Origin: Kiritimatiellia bacterium
GTDB lineage: Bacteria > Verrucomicrobiota > Kiritimatiellia > RFP12 > UBA1067
Direction: 5' to 3'
DNA: 64,000 nucleotides
Assembly: GCA_050949565.1 (NCBI GenBank)
Contig: JBMNFY010000011.1
Span: 70,334-134,333, forward strand
The position numbers were made by a program, and so were the translations under genes. The notes below the pieces were generated by a model, which was given only the letters and a program-made list of their open reading frames with translations, was not told where the DNA came from and did no database searches. Within the stretch, counting starts at the first letter, position 1, and the number at the start of each line of letters is the position of its first letter. Shown piece after piece: positions 1-8,988 of this stretch.

Positions 1-3000
1 CGTCAGCGGCCAGTGTAACTTGGGAGCCGTCATCGACCGTCACAGCCGGAGATGAACCGCTGAAATCCAACACACCGCTCTCAATGGTGCGCTCGGCCCC
101 CGCAACGGACAACGTTCCAATGTTTTGCAGGCCGCCCTGCAGCGAGATGGTCTGTGCCGTCGCAACATCGTTTGTGATAATGGCGGCTGCACCAACACCT
201 CCAGCGCGGATACCGCCCTGCCAATTGGTGGCAGTGGGCCAGTCGGCTTCTGCTGCGGTACCGATCCACACGCCATCTGCGGTCTGCTTGATCGGCCCAT
301 CAGCCAACAACACCTGCCGGGCGTGCGCCGCATAGACCTCGCGCGGATCATGCGCGTAGGCGGTCAGCACCTGCTCGCCGTTGTGCTCGCTGTCGTCCCC
401 CAACCGATAGAGGGCACGCGCCACGGCCAACTCCTTGAGGCAGTGGTTGCGCTCAATGTCAGCCTGCGCGTTTGAAAAGTCGGTAATCAGCGGCGCTGTC
501 GCGGCATTCGGCAACGCATAGCCCTGCACGAGCGGTAACAAGGCGGCAAGCCACATGGCGGCAGAACCGCTGTCAAAGCTTTCGCTTGCCAACGCGACCG
601 CACGGTAATGGGAGAAGCTCGACGCGGCGTTGAACTGGATGGCCTTGGCAAGCAACGGCGAGACGCCTCCCGGATCCAACGTGCGTCCGAGCGCGATCAG
701 ATAGCTATCCATCATGCTCACGGAACGTCCATATTGGCCCATGCCGCGGAAATTCCAACCGGCATCCCATGGATTCGAGCTTACGACATCAACCAGCGTC
801 TGCGCACCGACCGGATCGCCCAGCAACCCCAGAACGTGAGCGTAGATCAGCCGATCCGCCGGACTGCCTGCACTGGCATACGCCGTGCGCAACATCGGCA
901 GCGCGGTGGCGGTGTCGGCCAGCACCGTGGGCAACGTGGCATAGTTATCGACCAAGCCTGTAACAGCCAGTTGAATCACATCTTGGGAGAGCGGGAAGCT
1001 GTCCGTGTTATTGGCGTAAGCAGCATCAATAATGCCCACACCAACCAGATGCGCTTGCAGCGCCGCGATGTCTACCGAACGCACGTCGACACCGGCCTGA
1101 ACGGCCAGCGCCGCGGCGTAACCGGCCGCATAGCCTTGGTTCTGCACGTCGCGTTGCATGCGCAGCAGCGGCATGGCGTCGCGATGCGCGCTGATGCCAA
1201 GCCCTGTCACCAGCAGACCGTCCAGCGTCTTGGGCAACAACGCGCGGAACGGCAGGCTTGCCGTCCAAGAGGACGTGCCGGGGTCGTAGACGAAGAAGAG
1301 GTCATGCACCGTGAATCCGTGCGAGTCAAAGTTGCTGGTCGGCCGCACGATCGTGTCGGGCCATGTGCGGTTGTTCAAGATGTCGATCGGCGTGACAGTC
1401 ACCGCGCCCACCAGACGACGCCGCTCACGCGTCGCGGGATTCTGTGCGGCATCCCAGGTCGACGCAGGCATACTCTTGCGCGCGCGCCGCGCGAAGAAAA
1501 ACACGTCGGTCACATCGGCATCGCCCACGAAACCAATATCGTTGTTGAGATAGCTGTTGCCCAGCACATGCCGTGCCCAGCCCGCGCCCTGCACGGCAGG
1601 TTCACTGCCCGTGATGAACTCGGTCTGAGCACCGGCGGCTGCGGCCACATCGGCGTTGCCGGTCGAATCGATCACCGTCTGCGCACGGATGACGCCGCGC
1701 TGGCCGTCGGGCAACACGACCACCACGCCCTTCACCGCATCGCCGTCGACCACCGCCCCGTTCGCGAGCGTCCCGTAAAGCACGCGCACGTCGGCGGCAC
1801 GGCACGCCTGCCTATACCACTCTGCCTTGGCGGTGTAGAGCGCGGCACCGGTCGCCTTCCAGCCGGGGTCAACATCATTCGCCGTAAACCCGCACGCATT
1901 GCCGTAGTAGTACGCGCCGATGCGCCCGTCGGTCTGCACACCGCCCATCGTGTAGAGCACATCCAGCACCAGCGTGTCGGCACCGGCGCGGCCGGCACTG
2001 ATCGCGGCCGGCGCACCCGCCGTGCCCGCCCCGACCACCAAGACCCCGCACGTCGCCAGCACCGGCAGCGAACGTTCACCCTCCTCGACCACACCCAGCG
2101 CGTTCGTGGCCACCGGCGGCAGTCCTGCCAGCGCTTCACGCACCTCTTCGGTCCCCGGCACAACGCCAACATCCGGCGGCAGCGAGACACCGGCGAGCGG
2201 TGCGCGAGCCAGCGCCTCGACGGCCGCGACCGCACCAATGCGATCGGCCAGAGACATCATGCGCACCGGATGCTGCAGGTCGGCCGCCAGAGAACGCGGC
2301 AGGTCGGCCCGCACGCCCAGCACGTAGAGATACGGCACGTCTTGAGGCCGGAATGCGTCCAGATCCAGCGCATTGGCACCGGGCCACGCCGTGGCCTGCT
2401 CGGACGCCACACCGACGATGTGATCCGGCGGCAACCACGAGAGACGGTCCGCCTGATCCAAGCAGGTCTTGGTCCACGTCAGATCACGCGCTGTCTGCTC
2501 GATCTCCAAAAGCTCCAGCATGCCGCCCGTTTGCATGGGCACGGTGAAACTGCAACGGTAAACGCGTCCATCCACACTCGTCGGCATGCCTGCCGGCGCC
2601 TCCACACCACCGATCGTGACCGGATAGGTATGGCTCGGCAGGGCCTCGACACTCAGCCCCGGCGCGGAGGGTGCGTTCGTAGCATCTGCGATCACAATCC
2701 GCGAGAACGAGTAATCACCAGGCGTAAAGTCGGTCTTGACCGCCCCCGCGCAACGGGCGGGCCACGCGCCCTCGGTCGCGTCGATGACGACCCGCGCCGT
2801 CACCGCTTGGCGTCCCGCGCGGTTCGCCAGCACCACGCCAGCAGGGTTTCCATCGGCATCCCGCAGGACATCGCACACCGGCGCACCGCCCAGAAAAGGG
2901 ACCCCCTGCTCTTCCAACGTAAGGTCCAGCGTGCGCTTCAGCGTCAGCGGCGTGACGTGGCAACAACTGCCCCCTACCGGATCATTCGGGTCGGTATGGA

Positions 3001-3739
3001 CGACCAGTTCGTCGAGCAACTGACGCACATACGTACCTCCCGGCGTGATATTGCACGCTAGACGCAGAAAGCGGGCACTGAACGGAGCGCCCGGCACGAT
3101 CCGGGCGACCCAAGTACTGTCGCCGTCCGTTGTCAATTGCTCAAGTTCTGTGTTGTATGCGACGGCAGTCCACGTCACGCCGTCATCACTGCGCTCAAGG
3201 CCGGCGACCGTTGTTGAAAATGGGCTATTGCCGGAGAGGCGGACGTAGTAGTACAGATCCAGTTGCGTCACACTGCCCGCGCCGGCAAATGTGACCGTGA
3301 TCACTACGTCCGAGTTATACTGGACGCTGCCTGTGACTGCATTGAACTTAACGCCATCGGTCAACCGGGTATTACCGGGATCGCCGTGCGAGGCGTCCGG
3401 CACGACATTCGCCTGATAGGTAAACGGTACCTCGAGCGAGAAAACCTGTTGCGCCAACGGATGGGTATGGAATTCAGGAACCAGCGCGGGCCAGAGCTCA
3501 CGCGTCCCGGCCAGATCGTCGCCCAGATAGGTGCGTGGTGCCACAAGAAACACGCTGGCCCCATTAGTTTTCGCGGCCACCGCCGCAGCCACCGCCGCGC
3601 TGCCGCCGCCGACCACCACGACATCCGCATCGCGGACCACCGGCACGGAACGTGCGGTCTGCGCCACAGGTTCTGCTCTCAAAACGGCCTGCGTCAGGCA
3701 CGTCGCACCCACACACATGATCGCAACACACGTTCTCAT
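1..3739 (-). CDS. Secreted multidomain FAD-dependent oxidoreductase (two Rossmann/FAD_oxidored modules, helical C-domain) continuing into an autotransporter-passenger-like region; 3' end outside window
   Basis: Manual translation: GGAGG RBS then MRTCVAIMCVGATCLTQAVLRA (signal-like), DADVVVVGGGSAAVAAA near 3620, second GVLVVGAGTAGAPAA near 2040, ...YAHDPREVYAAHARQVL then GVWIGTAAEADWPTATNW. Not in the ORF track because it runs off the left edge; no listed minus ORF in 1-3739 uses this frame, consistent with one open frame. Confidence 0.8.
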   Translation of the reverse strand, partial: MRTCVAIMCVGATCLTQAVLRAEPVAQTARSVPVVRDADVVVVGGGSAAVAAAVAAKTNGASVFLVAPRTYLGDDLAGTRELWPALVPEFHTHPLAQQVFSLEVPFTYQANVVPDASHGDPGNTRLTDGVKFNAVTGSVQYNSDVVITVTFAGAGSVTQLDLYYYVRLSGNSPFSTTVAGLERSDDGVTWTAVAYNTELEQLTTDGDSTWVARIVPGAPFSARFLRLACNITPGGTYVRQLLDELVVHTDPNDPVGGSCCHVTPLTLKRTLDLTLEEQGVPFLGGAPVCDVLRDADGNPAGVVLANRAGRQAVTARVVIDATEGAWPARCAGAVKTDFTPGDYSFSRIVIADATNAPSAPGLSVEALPSHTYPVTIGGVEAPAGMPTSVDGRVYRCSFTVPMQTGGMLELLEIEQTARDLTWTKTCLDQADRLSWLPPDHIVGVASEQATAWPGANALDLDAFRPQDVPYLYVLGVRADLPRSLAADLQHPVRMMSLADRIGAVAAVEALARAPLAGVSLPPDVGVVPGTEEVREALAGLPPVATNALGVVEEGERSLPVLATCGVLVVGAGTAGAPAAISAGRAGADTLVLDVLYTMGGVQTDGRIGAYYYGNACGFTANDVDPGWKATGAALYTAKAEWYRQACRAADVRVLYGTLANGAVVDGDAVKGVVVVLPDGQRGVIRAQTVIDSTGNADVAAAAGAQTEFITGSEPAVQGAGWARHVLGNSYLNNDIGFVGDADVTDVFFFARRARKSMPASTWDAAQNPATRERRRLVGAVTVTPIDILNNRTWPDTIVRPTSNFDSHGFTVHDLFFVYDPGTSSWTASLPFRALLPKTLDGLLVTGLGISAHRDAMPLLRMQRDVQNQGYAAGYAAALAVQAGVDVRSVDIAALQAHLVGVGIIDAAYANNTDSFPLSQDVIQLAVTGLVDNYATLPTVLADTATALPMLRTAYASAGSPADRLIYAHVLGLLGDPVGAQTLVDVVSSNPWDAGWNFRGMGQYGRSVSMMDSYLIALGRTLDPGGVSPLLAKAIQFNAASSFSHYRAVALASESFDSGSAAMWLAALLPLVQGYALPNAATAPLITDFSNAQADIERNHCLKELAVARALYRLGDDSEHNGEQVLTAYAHDPREVYAAHARQVLLADGPIKQTADGVWIGTAAEADWPTATNWQGGIRAGGVGAAAIITNDVATAQTISLQGGLQNIGTLSVAGAERTIESGVLDFSGSSPAVTVDDGSQVTLAAD

Positions 3740-3827
3740 CACGCCTACCTCCTACGCTCCTCGCCAGCCCATCTAATACTTACTGGCTAGCACTGTACCG
3801 AAAACAGCGTGGCTTGGTCAACAGGGA

Positions 3828-5240
3828 TCAAGAGACAATGCCCAGCGGCGGCGTCTTTTCCCAGACACCACGGGTGAAGTCCGGCACGTCCACCGAACGA
3901 CTGCGATTCGCCACGGAATCCGCGCTCAACGTGCCGACCGCGCTCCAAGCGGCCGCGTCGTACACGGTCTGGTCCAGCGGTTCGCCGTTGCGCAGACAGT
4001 AGATCACGCGCCAGTTCATGATGAAGTCCATGCCGCCGTGTCCGCCGACCCGTTTCGCCTCGGCGCCCATGCGCTTCCAGAGCGGATGGTCGTAAGCTTC
4101 GAACCACGGTGCCATGTCTTGATCCCAGGCATGGTAGTTGGTGGTCTTTTTGTCGCCCAGAATCTTCTGGATCGCAGGCGGCAGATCCTCTTTCTTATAG
4201 TCCAGCGCAATGCGGTTCGGGAAACCACCGAACGTTCCGCGCGTGCCCTGAATCAAATTGTGGCGGCTGTAAGGGCGCGGGGTGGTCTCGTCCCACTGCA
4301 CCATGATCGAGCGCCCCTTGACAGTTTTGATGATCGTGGTGTTGATGTCACCGCAACGCCACTCCTTGATCTGGTTCCACTTGTGGTCAGCGGGGAAGCG
4401 CTCTTTGGCATACAGCGCGCGACCGAGCGCCGGAGACGACACCGAACTCAGATAATCAAAGCGATCCCCCTGGTTGATGCCCATGTACTGCGCTATCGGG
4501 CCCAGGCCGTGGGTCGGATACAGGTTGCCGTTGCGCCGCGCGTAGTGCAAGGTGCGCCACGAGCCCGTGCCGTGCTCCACTTGGTTCATCTGCCCGCGCA
4601 GCTCATGGATATAGGCGGCTTCACCGTGCAGCAACTCACCGAAAAGCCCTTGCCTGACCATGTTCAGCACCATCAGCTCCTCACGCCCATAATTGACGTT
4701 CTCAAGCATCATGCAGTGACGCCGCGTCTTCTCCGCCGTATCAACCAGCGCCCAGCACTCTTCTGTTGTGATCGCGGCGGGAACCTCGAGGAAAGCGTGC
4801 TTTCCAGCCCGCATCGTATCAAGCGCCTGTGGCGTGTGCAGTTCCCAAGGGGTTGCGATATAGACGATATCGACATCGTCACGCTCGAGCATCTTTTTGT
4901 AGGCTTCCGGACCATCGCTGAACGTCGCCGGCTTCGGCTTCCCTGCATCGGCAACGCGCTTGAGCGCACGATCTAACGTGGGCTGGTGGATGTCGCACAG
5001 CGCCGTGACCTCCGCCCCCTCGATTTTGAGCATGTCACCAAGATGGCCGCTGCCGCGTCCTAAGCCGATGAAACCCACGCGCACACGCTCCATCTTCGGC
5101 GTTCTGAGCCCCATCACAGTAGTTCCTGCACTACCTTGGGCGCGCGCTGAGGTCGGCTTAAGTACCTGCGCGGCAGCCGCACCGTATCCGGCCACGGCTG
5201 ACAATTTCAGAAAATCACGACGCGATGCTTTGTACGACAT
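3828..5240 (-). CDS. Tat-exported Gfo/Idh/MocA protein, GH109 alpha-N-acetylgalactosaminidase-like
   Basis: SRRDFLK Tat motif, [18 protein letters not shown] and GGHGGMD motifs; start chosen after GGGAG RBS. Confidence 0.88.
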   Translation of the reverse strand: MSYKASRRDFLKLSAVAGYGAAAAQVLKPTSARAQGSAGTTVMGLRTPKMERVRVGFIGLGRGSGHLGDMLKIEGAEVTALCDIHQPTLDRALKRVADAGKPKPATFSDGPEAYKKMLERDDVDIVYIATPWELHTPQALDTMRAGKHAFLEVPAAITTEECWALVDTAEKTRRHCMMLENVNYGREELMVLNMVRQGLFGELLHGEAAYIHELRGQMNQVEHGTGSWRTLHYARRNGNLYPTHGLGPIAQYMGINQGDRFDYLSSVSSPALGRALYAKERFPADHKWNQIKEWRCGDINTTIIKTVKGRSIMVQWDETTPRPYSRHNLIQGTRGTFGGFPNRIALDYKKEDLPPAIQKILGDKKTTNYHAWDQDMAPWFEAYDHPLWKRMGAEAKRVGGHGGMDFIMNWRVIYCLRNGEPLDQTVYDAAAWSAVGTLSADSVANRSRSVDVPDFTRGVWEKTPPLGIVS

Positions 5241-5268
5241 TTCTTTCTCCCTGCTCTTTTGTCTGTTG

Positions 5269-5291
5269 CACAGTTTCAATTGAAAACTGTG
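5269..5291. promoter_or_regulatory. Palindromic operator upstream of GH109 gene
   Basis: CACAGTTTCAATTGAAAACTGTG near-perfect dyad about 30 bp upstream of the start, in an AT-rich leader. Confidence 0.5.
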
Positions 5292-5342
5292 TGGTATATT
5301 AAATCCTACATGCCCTTCAAGCAAGCGCAAAGGCGAGCATCA

Positions 5343-7451
5343 TCACTCACTGCGCGCGGGACGTCGCATCCCCATCTTTTCAAGCGGCAGCGGCTTGAAC
5401 CCCGGGATGCGCGTGAAGACCGGCGAATCGGGCTTCAACCGGAAATCTCGCTGCTGCATGTTGACGAACCCGGGATCGTCAAATGTCACGAATTGGAGTT
5501 CGTTGGTCACCCAGCGGTTGCTCTTAACCTCATCGCACTTCACAAACAGATTGCGCACGGCGATGTTGTCGCGCGCGGCACCGGGCTTTGGATCCATGAA
5601 CCCGATCAACTCCGGATATGCCTCGGTATAGGGCGGCTGCGTGATGTCCACCTCTTTGAGCAGCCGCTCCTGCCACAGCGGTGCCTCGATGAATGCCTTC
5701 CAACGCGCATCATTCCACGGAGCGGAACCCAACGCGCGTTTGCACTCGATGAAGACGCAGTTGTCCACGGTGTTGCCGTGTCCGCCATGCGAAAAGACCG
5801 TGCCGAAAGAACCTTTGCCGGGGTCGCCGCAACGGAAGAACAGATTGCCGTAGACCGTTTCGCCGCCATCGCCGTCGTCAAAGTAAACCGCCGCGTTGCC
5901 ATGCCCGCGCGGGCTCCCGATCTCGCTCCACAGGTTGTAGCGCAGCACGTTGCCGCGACAAGACGGATTACGCCCCTTGTAGAATGCGGCCGCGTCGTCA
6001 GAGGCCATGCAGACGTTGCTGACCACGTTGTACTCGAACAGGTGGTTGTTGCCGTGCATGCTGATCGCCTGATGCGGCGCGTCGTGAATCAGATTGTGGC
6101 GGGCCACGTTGCCGACACCGGAAAAATGCAGCGCGCTGGCGTACGTGAACTGATGCACGGAGAAACGCCGGATGTGCGTATCTTCCAGCACATGCCCCGC
6201 AGGCGTCAGCGTCTTGCGGTCTCCTCCGCCCAACGTCACGCCGCCCGTGCCGGTGTCGTAAATGTCGCACCGCGCGATCCGGTTGGATGCGCCGCCGTTC
6301 ATGTGAATCGACTTGCGCCGCAAATTGCGGAACACGCACTCCTCCACGGTCACCCGCCGACACTCGGTGATCGTCAGTCCATCTCCCTGCCCCTCTTCAA
6401 AGATCAGACCGCGCAACGCGATGTCGGTCGCATTCTGCAAAACGATGAGCGGTTCGTCACGCACCGCCAGCGCAACCCGTGCCTGCGTAAGATCCTGATC
6501 GGGCCAGAGGTAGAGCCGGTTCGCCGCGACATCAATGAAGTATTCGCCGGGACGATCCAACTCTTCGAGTAGATTGACCGCACGCCAGCGGCGCGGCGAC
6601 GGATTGCCCTGGCGCACACCGTAAACATGCGCCACCTTGAACGTAATCCGGCGCTGCGCGGGATCGATGGCCGCCACGCGGATCGCGTCGTCATACCAGT
6701 CGAAACACCAGAACCCATGCAGCCACACGCCCCGCTCCACCCGCCAACGCGCCGGACGGTCGCCCTCGTACTCAAATACGCCGCCGCGATTCTCTTTGGG
6801 ACGCGCCTTCTTCGGGTCAGCCGAATCCGAAACCGATCCATCGTTGCGCATCGTTCCTTGGTCGATGATCTTGGCGATCGTCGCCCAGCCCTCGTTCGGC
6901 CAGCAAGCCAGCGTCATACGGCGACCGTTGACAAACAGTTCCGGAATACCGAACGGCAACCGGAAATTGTCGCGCGGCACAGAGGTCTTCGGGAAACCCA
7001 GCGCATTCAGGTCCGCACAGCGCACCTGTCCGCGTGCCGCCGGATCGAGGCGTTCGTCGATCGCATCCCCCGCAAGCGGTTGGAACGCACCGCAAGGAAT
7101 CGGACGCGCACCGGTCAGAGAGACCACGGCACCCGGCGCCGCCTTATAGACGATCGGCGCACCCTCCGCGCCGGAGTCTTCCGCTTCCAACTTTAAACTG
7201 CGGGTCAACGCATAGCGTCCGGCATGCAACACCACCTCGGCGCCGCCCGGCAACGCCCCTGCTTTCTTAGCTGCGCGCACCGCATCACGCGCCCGTTCCA
7301 GCGTCGCAAACGGCGCATCGGCACTTCCCGGCCCCGCATCATTACCGTCCGGCCGCACATGAAACACACGCGCATCCGCACCGTACACGCCGAGCGCCGT
7401 TCCCCACACGCCTGCCAAGCAGAGCACCGTCATTCCGTATTTCAGCATCAT
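5343..7451 (-). CDS. Secreted right-handed parallel beta-helix protein (GH141-like/pectin-lyase fold)
   Basis: Signal peptide, FHVRPDGND...PFATLERARDA N-terminus, HNLIHD/YNVV beta-helix repeats; ATG overlaps ogt stop. Confidence 0.8.
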   Translation of the reverse strand: MMLKYGMTVLCLAGVWGTALGVYGADARVFHVRPDGNDAGPGSADAPFATLERARDAVRAAKKAGALPGGAEVVLHAGRYALTRSLKLEAEDSGAEGAPIVYKAAPGAVVSLTGARPIPCGAFQPLAGDAIDERLDPAARGQVRCADLNALGFPKTSVPRDNFRLPFGIPELFVNGRRMTLACWPNEGWATIAKIIDQGTMRNDGSVSDSADPKKARPKENRGGVFEYEGDRPARWRVERGVWLHGFWCFDWYDDAIRVAAIDPAQRRITFKVAHVYGVRQGNPSPRRWRAVNLLEELDRPGEYFIDVAANRLYLWPDQDLTQARVALAVRDEPLIVLQNATDIALRGLIFEEGQGDGLTITECRRVTVEECVFRNLRRKSIHMNGGASNRIARCDIYDTGTGGVTLGGGDRKTLTPAGHVLEDTHIRRFSVHQFTYASALHFSGVGNVARHNLIHDAPHQAISMHGNNHLFEYNVVSNVCMASDDAAAFYKGRNPSCRGNVLRYNLWSEIGSPRGHGNAAVYFDDGDGGETVYGNLFFRCGDPGKGSFGTVFSHGGHGNTVDNCVFIECKRALGSAPWNDARWKAFIEAPLWQERLLKEVDITQPPYTEAYPELIGFMDPKPGAARDNIAVRNLFVKCDEVKSNRWVTNELQFVTFDDPGFVNMQQRDFRLKPDSPVFTRIPGFKPLPLEKMGMRRPARSE

Positions 7452-7915
7452 CCCCTCATCCCCCTTTTTTCCAGCGCCAGCAGCCACGCCTTGCGCGACA
7501 GCCCGCCGCCATATCCCACCAAACTCCCGTCCGCGCCGATCACACGGTGGCACGGAATGATGATCGCAATCGGGTTGCGGTTATTGGCCATACCGACCGC
7601 GCGCGTGGCCTTGGGATTCCCGACAGCCGCCGCTGCCCGCTGATAACTCCACATCTCACCATACGGGATCGTTTCAAGCACAGCCCACACACGCCGTTGA
7701 AACGGCGTTCCCACCGGAGCCAACGGTAGCGAAAAAACCGTCAACCTGCCATCCAGATACGCCTGCAACTGGCGGAACGTCTCATCCAGCAACGCCCCCT
7801 CCGCCACGCTAGCATCCCTTGCCTCCTCGTCGGCAAAAAACACCCGCGTCACCGCGCCGTCCTTCACCTCAACGCCAATCCAACCCAGCTCTGTTTTTCG
7901 ATAAGCAAGTGCCAT
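7448..7915 (-). CDS. ogt: Methylated-DNA--protein-cysteine methyltransferase
   Basis: GTPFQRRVW, IPYGE and active-site IPCHRVI. Confidence 0.93.
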   Translation of the reverse strand: MALAYRKTELGWIGVEVKDGAVTRVFFADEEARDASVAEGALLDETFRQLQAYLDGRLTVFSLPLAPVGTPFQRRVWAVLETIPYGEMWSYQRAAAAVGNPKATRAVGMANNRNPIAIIIPCHRVIGADGSLVGYGGGLSRKAWLLALEKRGMRG

Positions 7916-7928
7916 GACCTTTTCTGTT

Positions 7929-8064
7929 AACGCTCAACCATGAAACACATGAAACTTCATGAAAATCAGGGACGAGCAGGTACCCATCCCTCTTGGCGAT
8001 CTCGGCATCTTGGCGGTTCCAAAAACTCCCCAAAAAATCTGTGTAATCTGTGCCATCTGTGGAT
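7929..8064. repeat. Repeat mosaic: CATGAAACA x3, CTTGGCG x3, ATCTGTG x3 modules
   Basis: 7929-7965 is identical to 8804-8840; 7936-8020 is inverted and degenerate at 39249-39308; 8037-8064 resembles 40142-40169. Confidence 0.9.
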
Positions 8065-8100
8065 AGAAATATCAGTGGATGAGAATAAATTGGCGGGGGT

Positions 8101-8427
8101 TCACTCCCCGTACATTTCCGTAATGGCACGGCGCAGAGCCGCAGCATCGCACTCGGGCAACGACCCCAGCTTGCGGCCAAACCGTTTTTTGCTGATGGTT
8201 CGGATTTGATCAACCGCGATTTCTGCCGGTCTGCCGGCGCATCGGATCTGAATGCGTGACCGCCAGCCCGGATGTATCTGGCTGGTCAACGGGCAGACCG
8301 TCACTGTCGCCAACACCTCATTCAGGGCATCCAGGCTCACAATCACAACCGGCCGTGTCTTGGCAATCTCTGATCCACGCACAGGATCCAGTTCTGCCCA
8401 AAAAATGTCGTACCGTTTTATATTCAC
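8101..8427 (-). CDS. MazF/PemK family endoribonuclease toxin
   Basis: LDPVRGSEIAKTRPVVIVS and DQIRTISKKR motifs. Confidence 0.92.
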   Translation of the reverse strand: MNIKRYDIFWAELDPVRGSEIAKTRPVVIVSLDALNEVLATVTVCPLTSQIHPGWRSRIQIRCAGRPAEIAVDQIRTISKKRFGRKLGSLPECDAAALRRAITEMYGE

Positions 8428-8753
8428 ATCCGCGCCGATTGTTTTGGATGGACGCGATAAGCGGCCGGTTTTTCAGCCGCCCGTTCTGCCTCCCACGGAA
8501 CGGTTTCGATTCCATCGGACGCAGTGACCTCCCATGCTAACCAATCCTCTTCCTCGGCGGCCATCGCCCGCGCCGTTTCCGCCCATGACAACTTTTGCCC
8601 CGTCTGCGGTTTCGGGCACAACAAGATGCCATCCTGAGTCTCATTCAGCACAAGCGTCTCCCCCACGTCGTATCTGCGCAGCACGTCCGCAGGGATTCTC
8701 ACTCCGCGCGAATTCCCGATCCTCACAACTTTCACCTCAACCGTTTGCATCAT
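8424..8753 (-). CDS. AbrB/MazE family antitoxin
   Basis: VVRIGNSRGVRIP N-terminus; 4-bp overlap with toxin; GGAGG RBS; GTAATTAC dyad at 8771-8778 upstream. Confidence 0.9.
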   Translation of the reverse strand: MMQTVEVKVVRIGNSRGVRIPADVLRRYDVGETLVLNETQDGILLCPKPQTGQKLSWAETARAMAAEEEDWLAWEVTASDGIETVPWEAERAAEKPAAYRVHPKQSARM

Positions 8754-8803
8754 AACCTCCCAACCAATACGTAATTACAGTACCAACATTTCGATGCAAG
8801 GTC

Positions 8804-8976
8804 AACGCTCAACCATGAAACACATGAAACTTCATGAAAAACCATGCCATGCCTTTCCGTGTGTTCAGTGTATTCCGTGGTTAAAAACCCCGCGCCACGC
8901 CCCCAAAAAACTCTGCGTCTCTGCGCCTCTGCGTTAAAAACCCCGAGCCATGCCCCAAAAATCGTAATCTGTGGAT
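8804..8976. repeat. Repeat mosaic: CATGAAACA x3, TTCCGTGTG x3, CTCTGCG x3, partial ATCTGTG
   Basis: Modules recur at 7929, 51688-51748, 19259/29036/33566/40091 and 8037/40142. Confidence 0.9.
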
Positions 8977-8988
8977 GCAAAAAAACGC

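Noticed and set aside
608-3061. 817-aa plus-strand ORF and other long antisense ORFs (e.g. 9856-11415, 14598-16166, 24570-26192, 34684-36345, 41128-42783)
   Set aside because: Shadow frames opposite well-supported genes in high-GC DNA, with no recognisable motifs.
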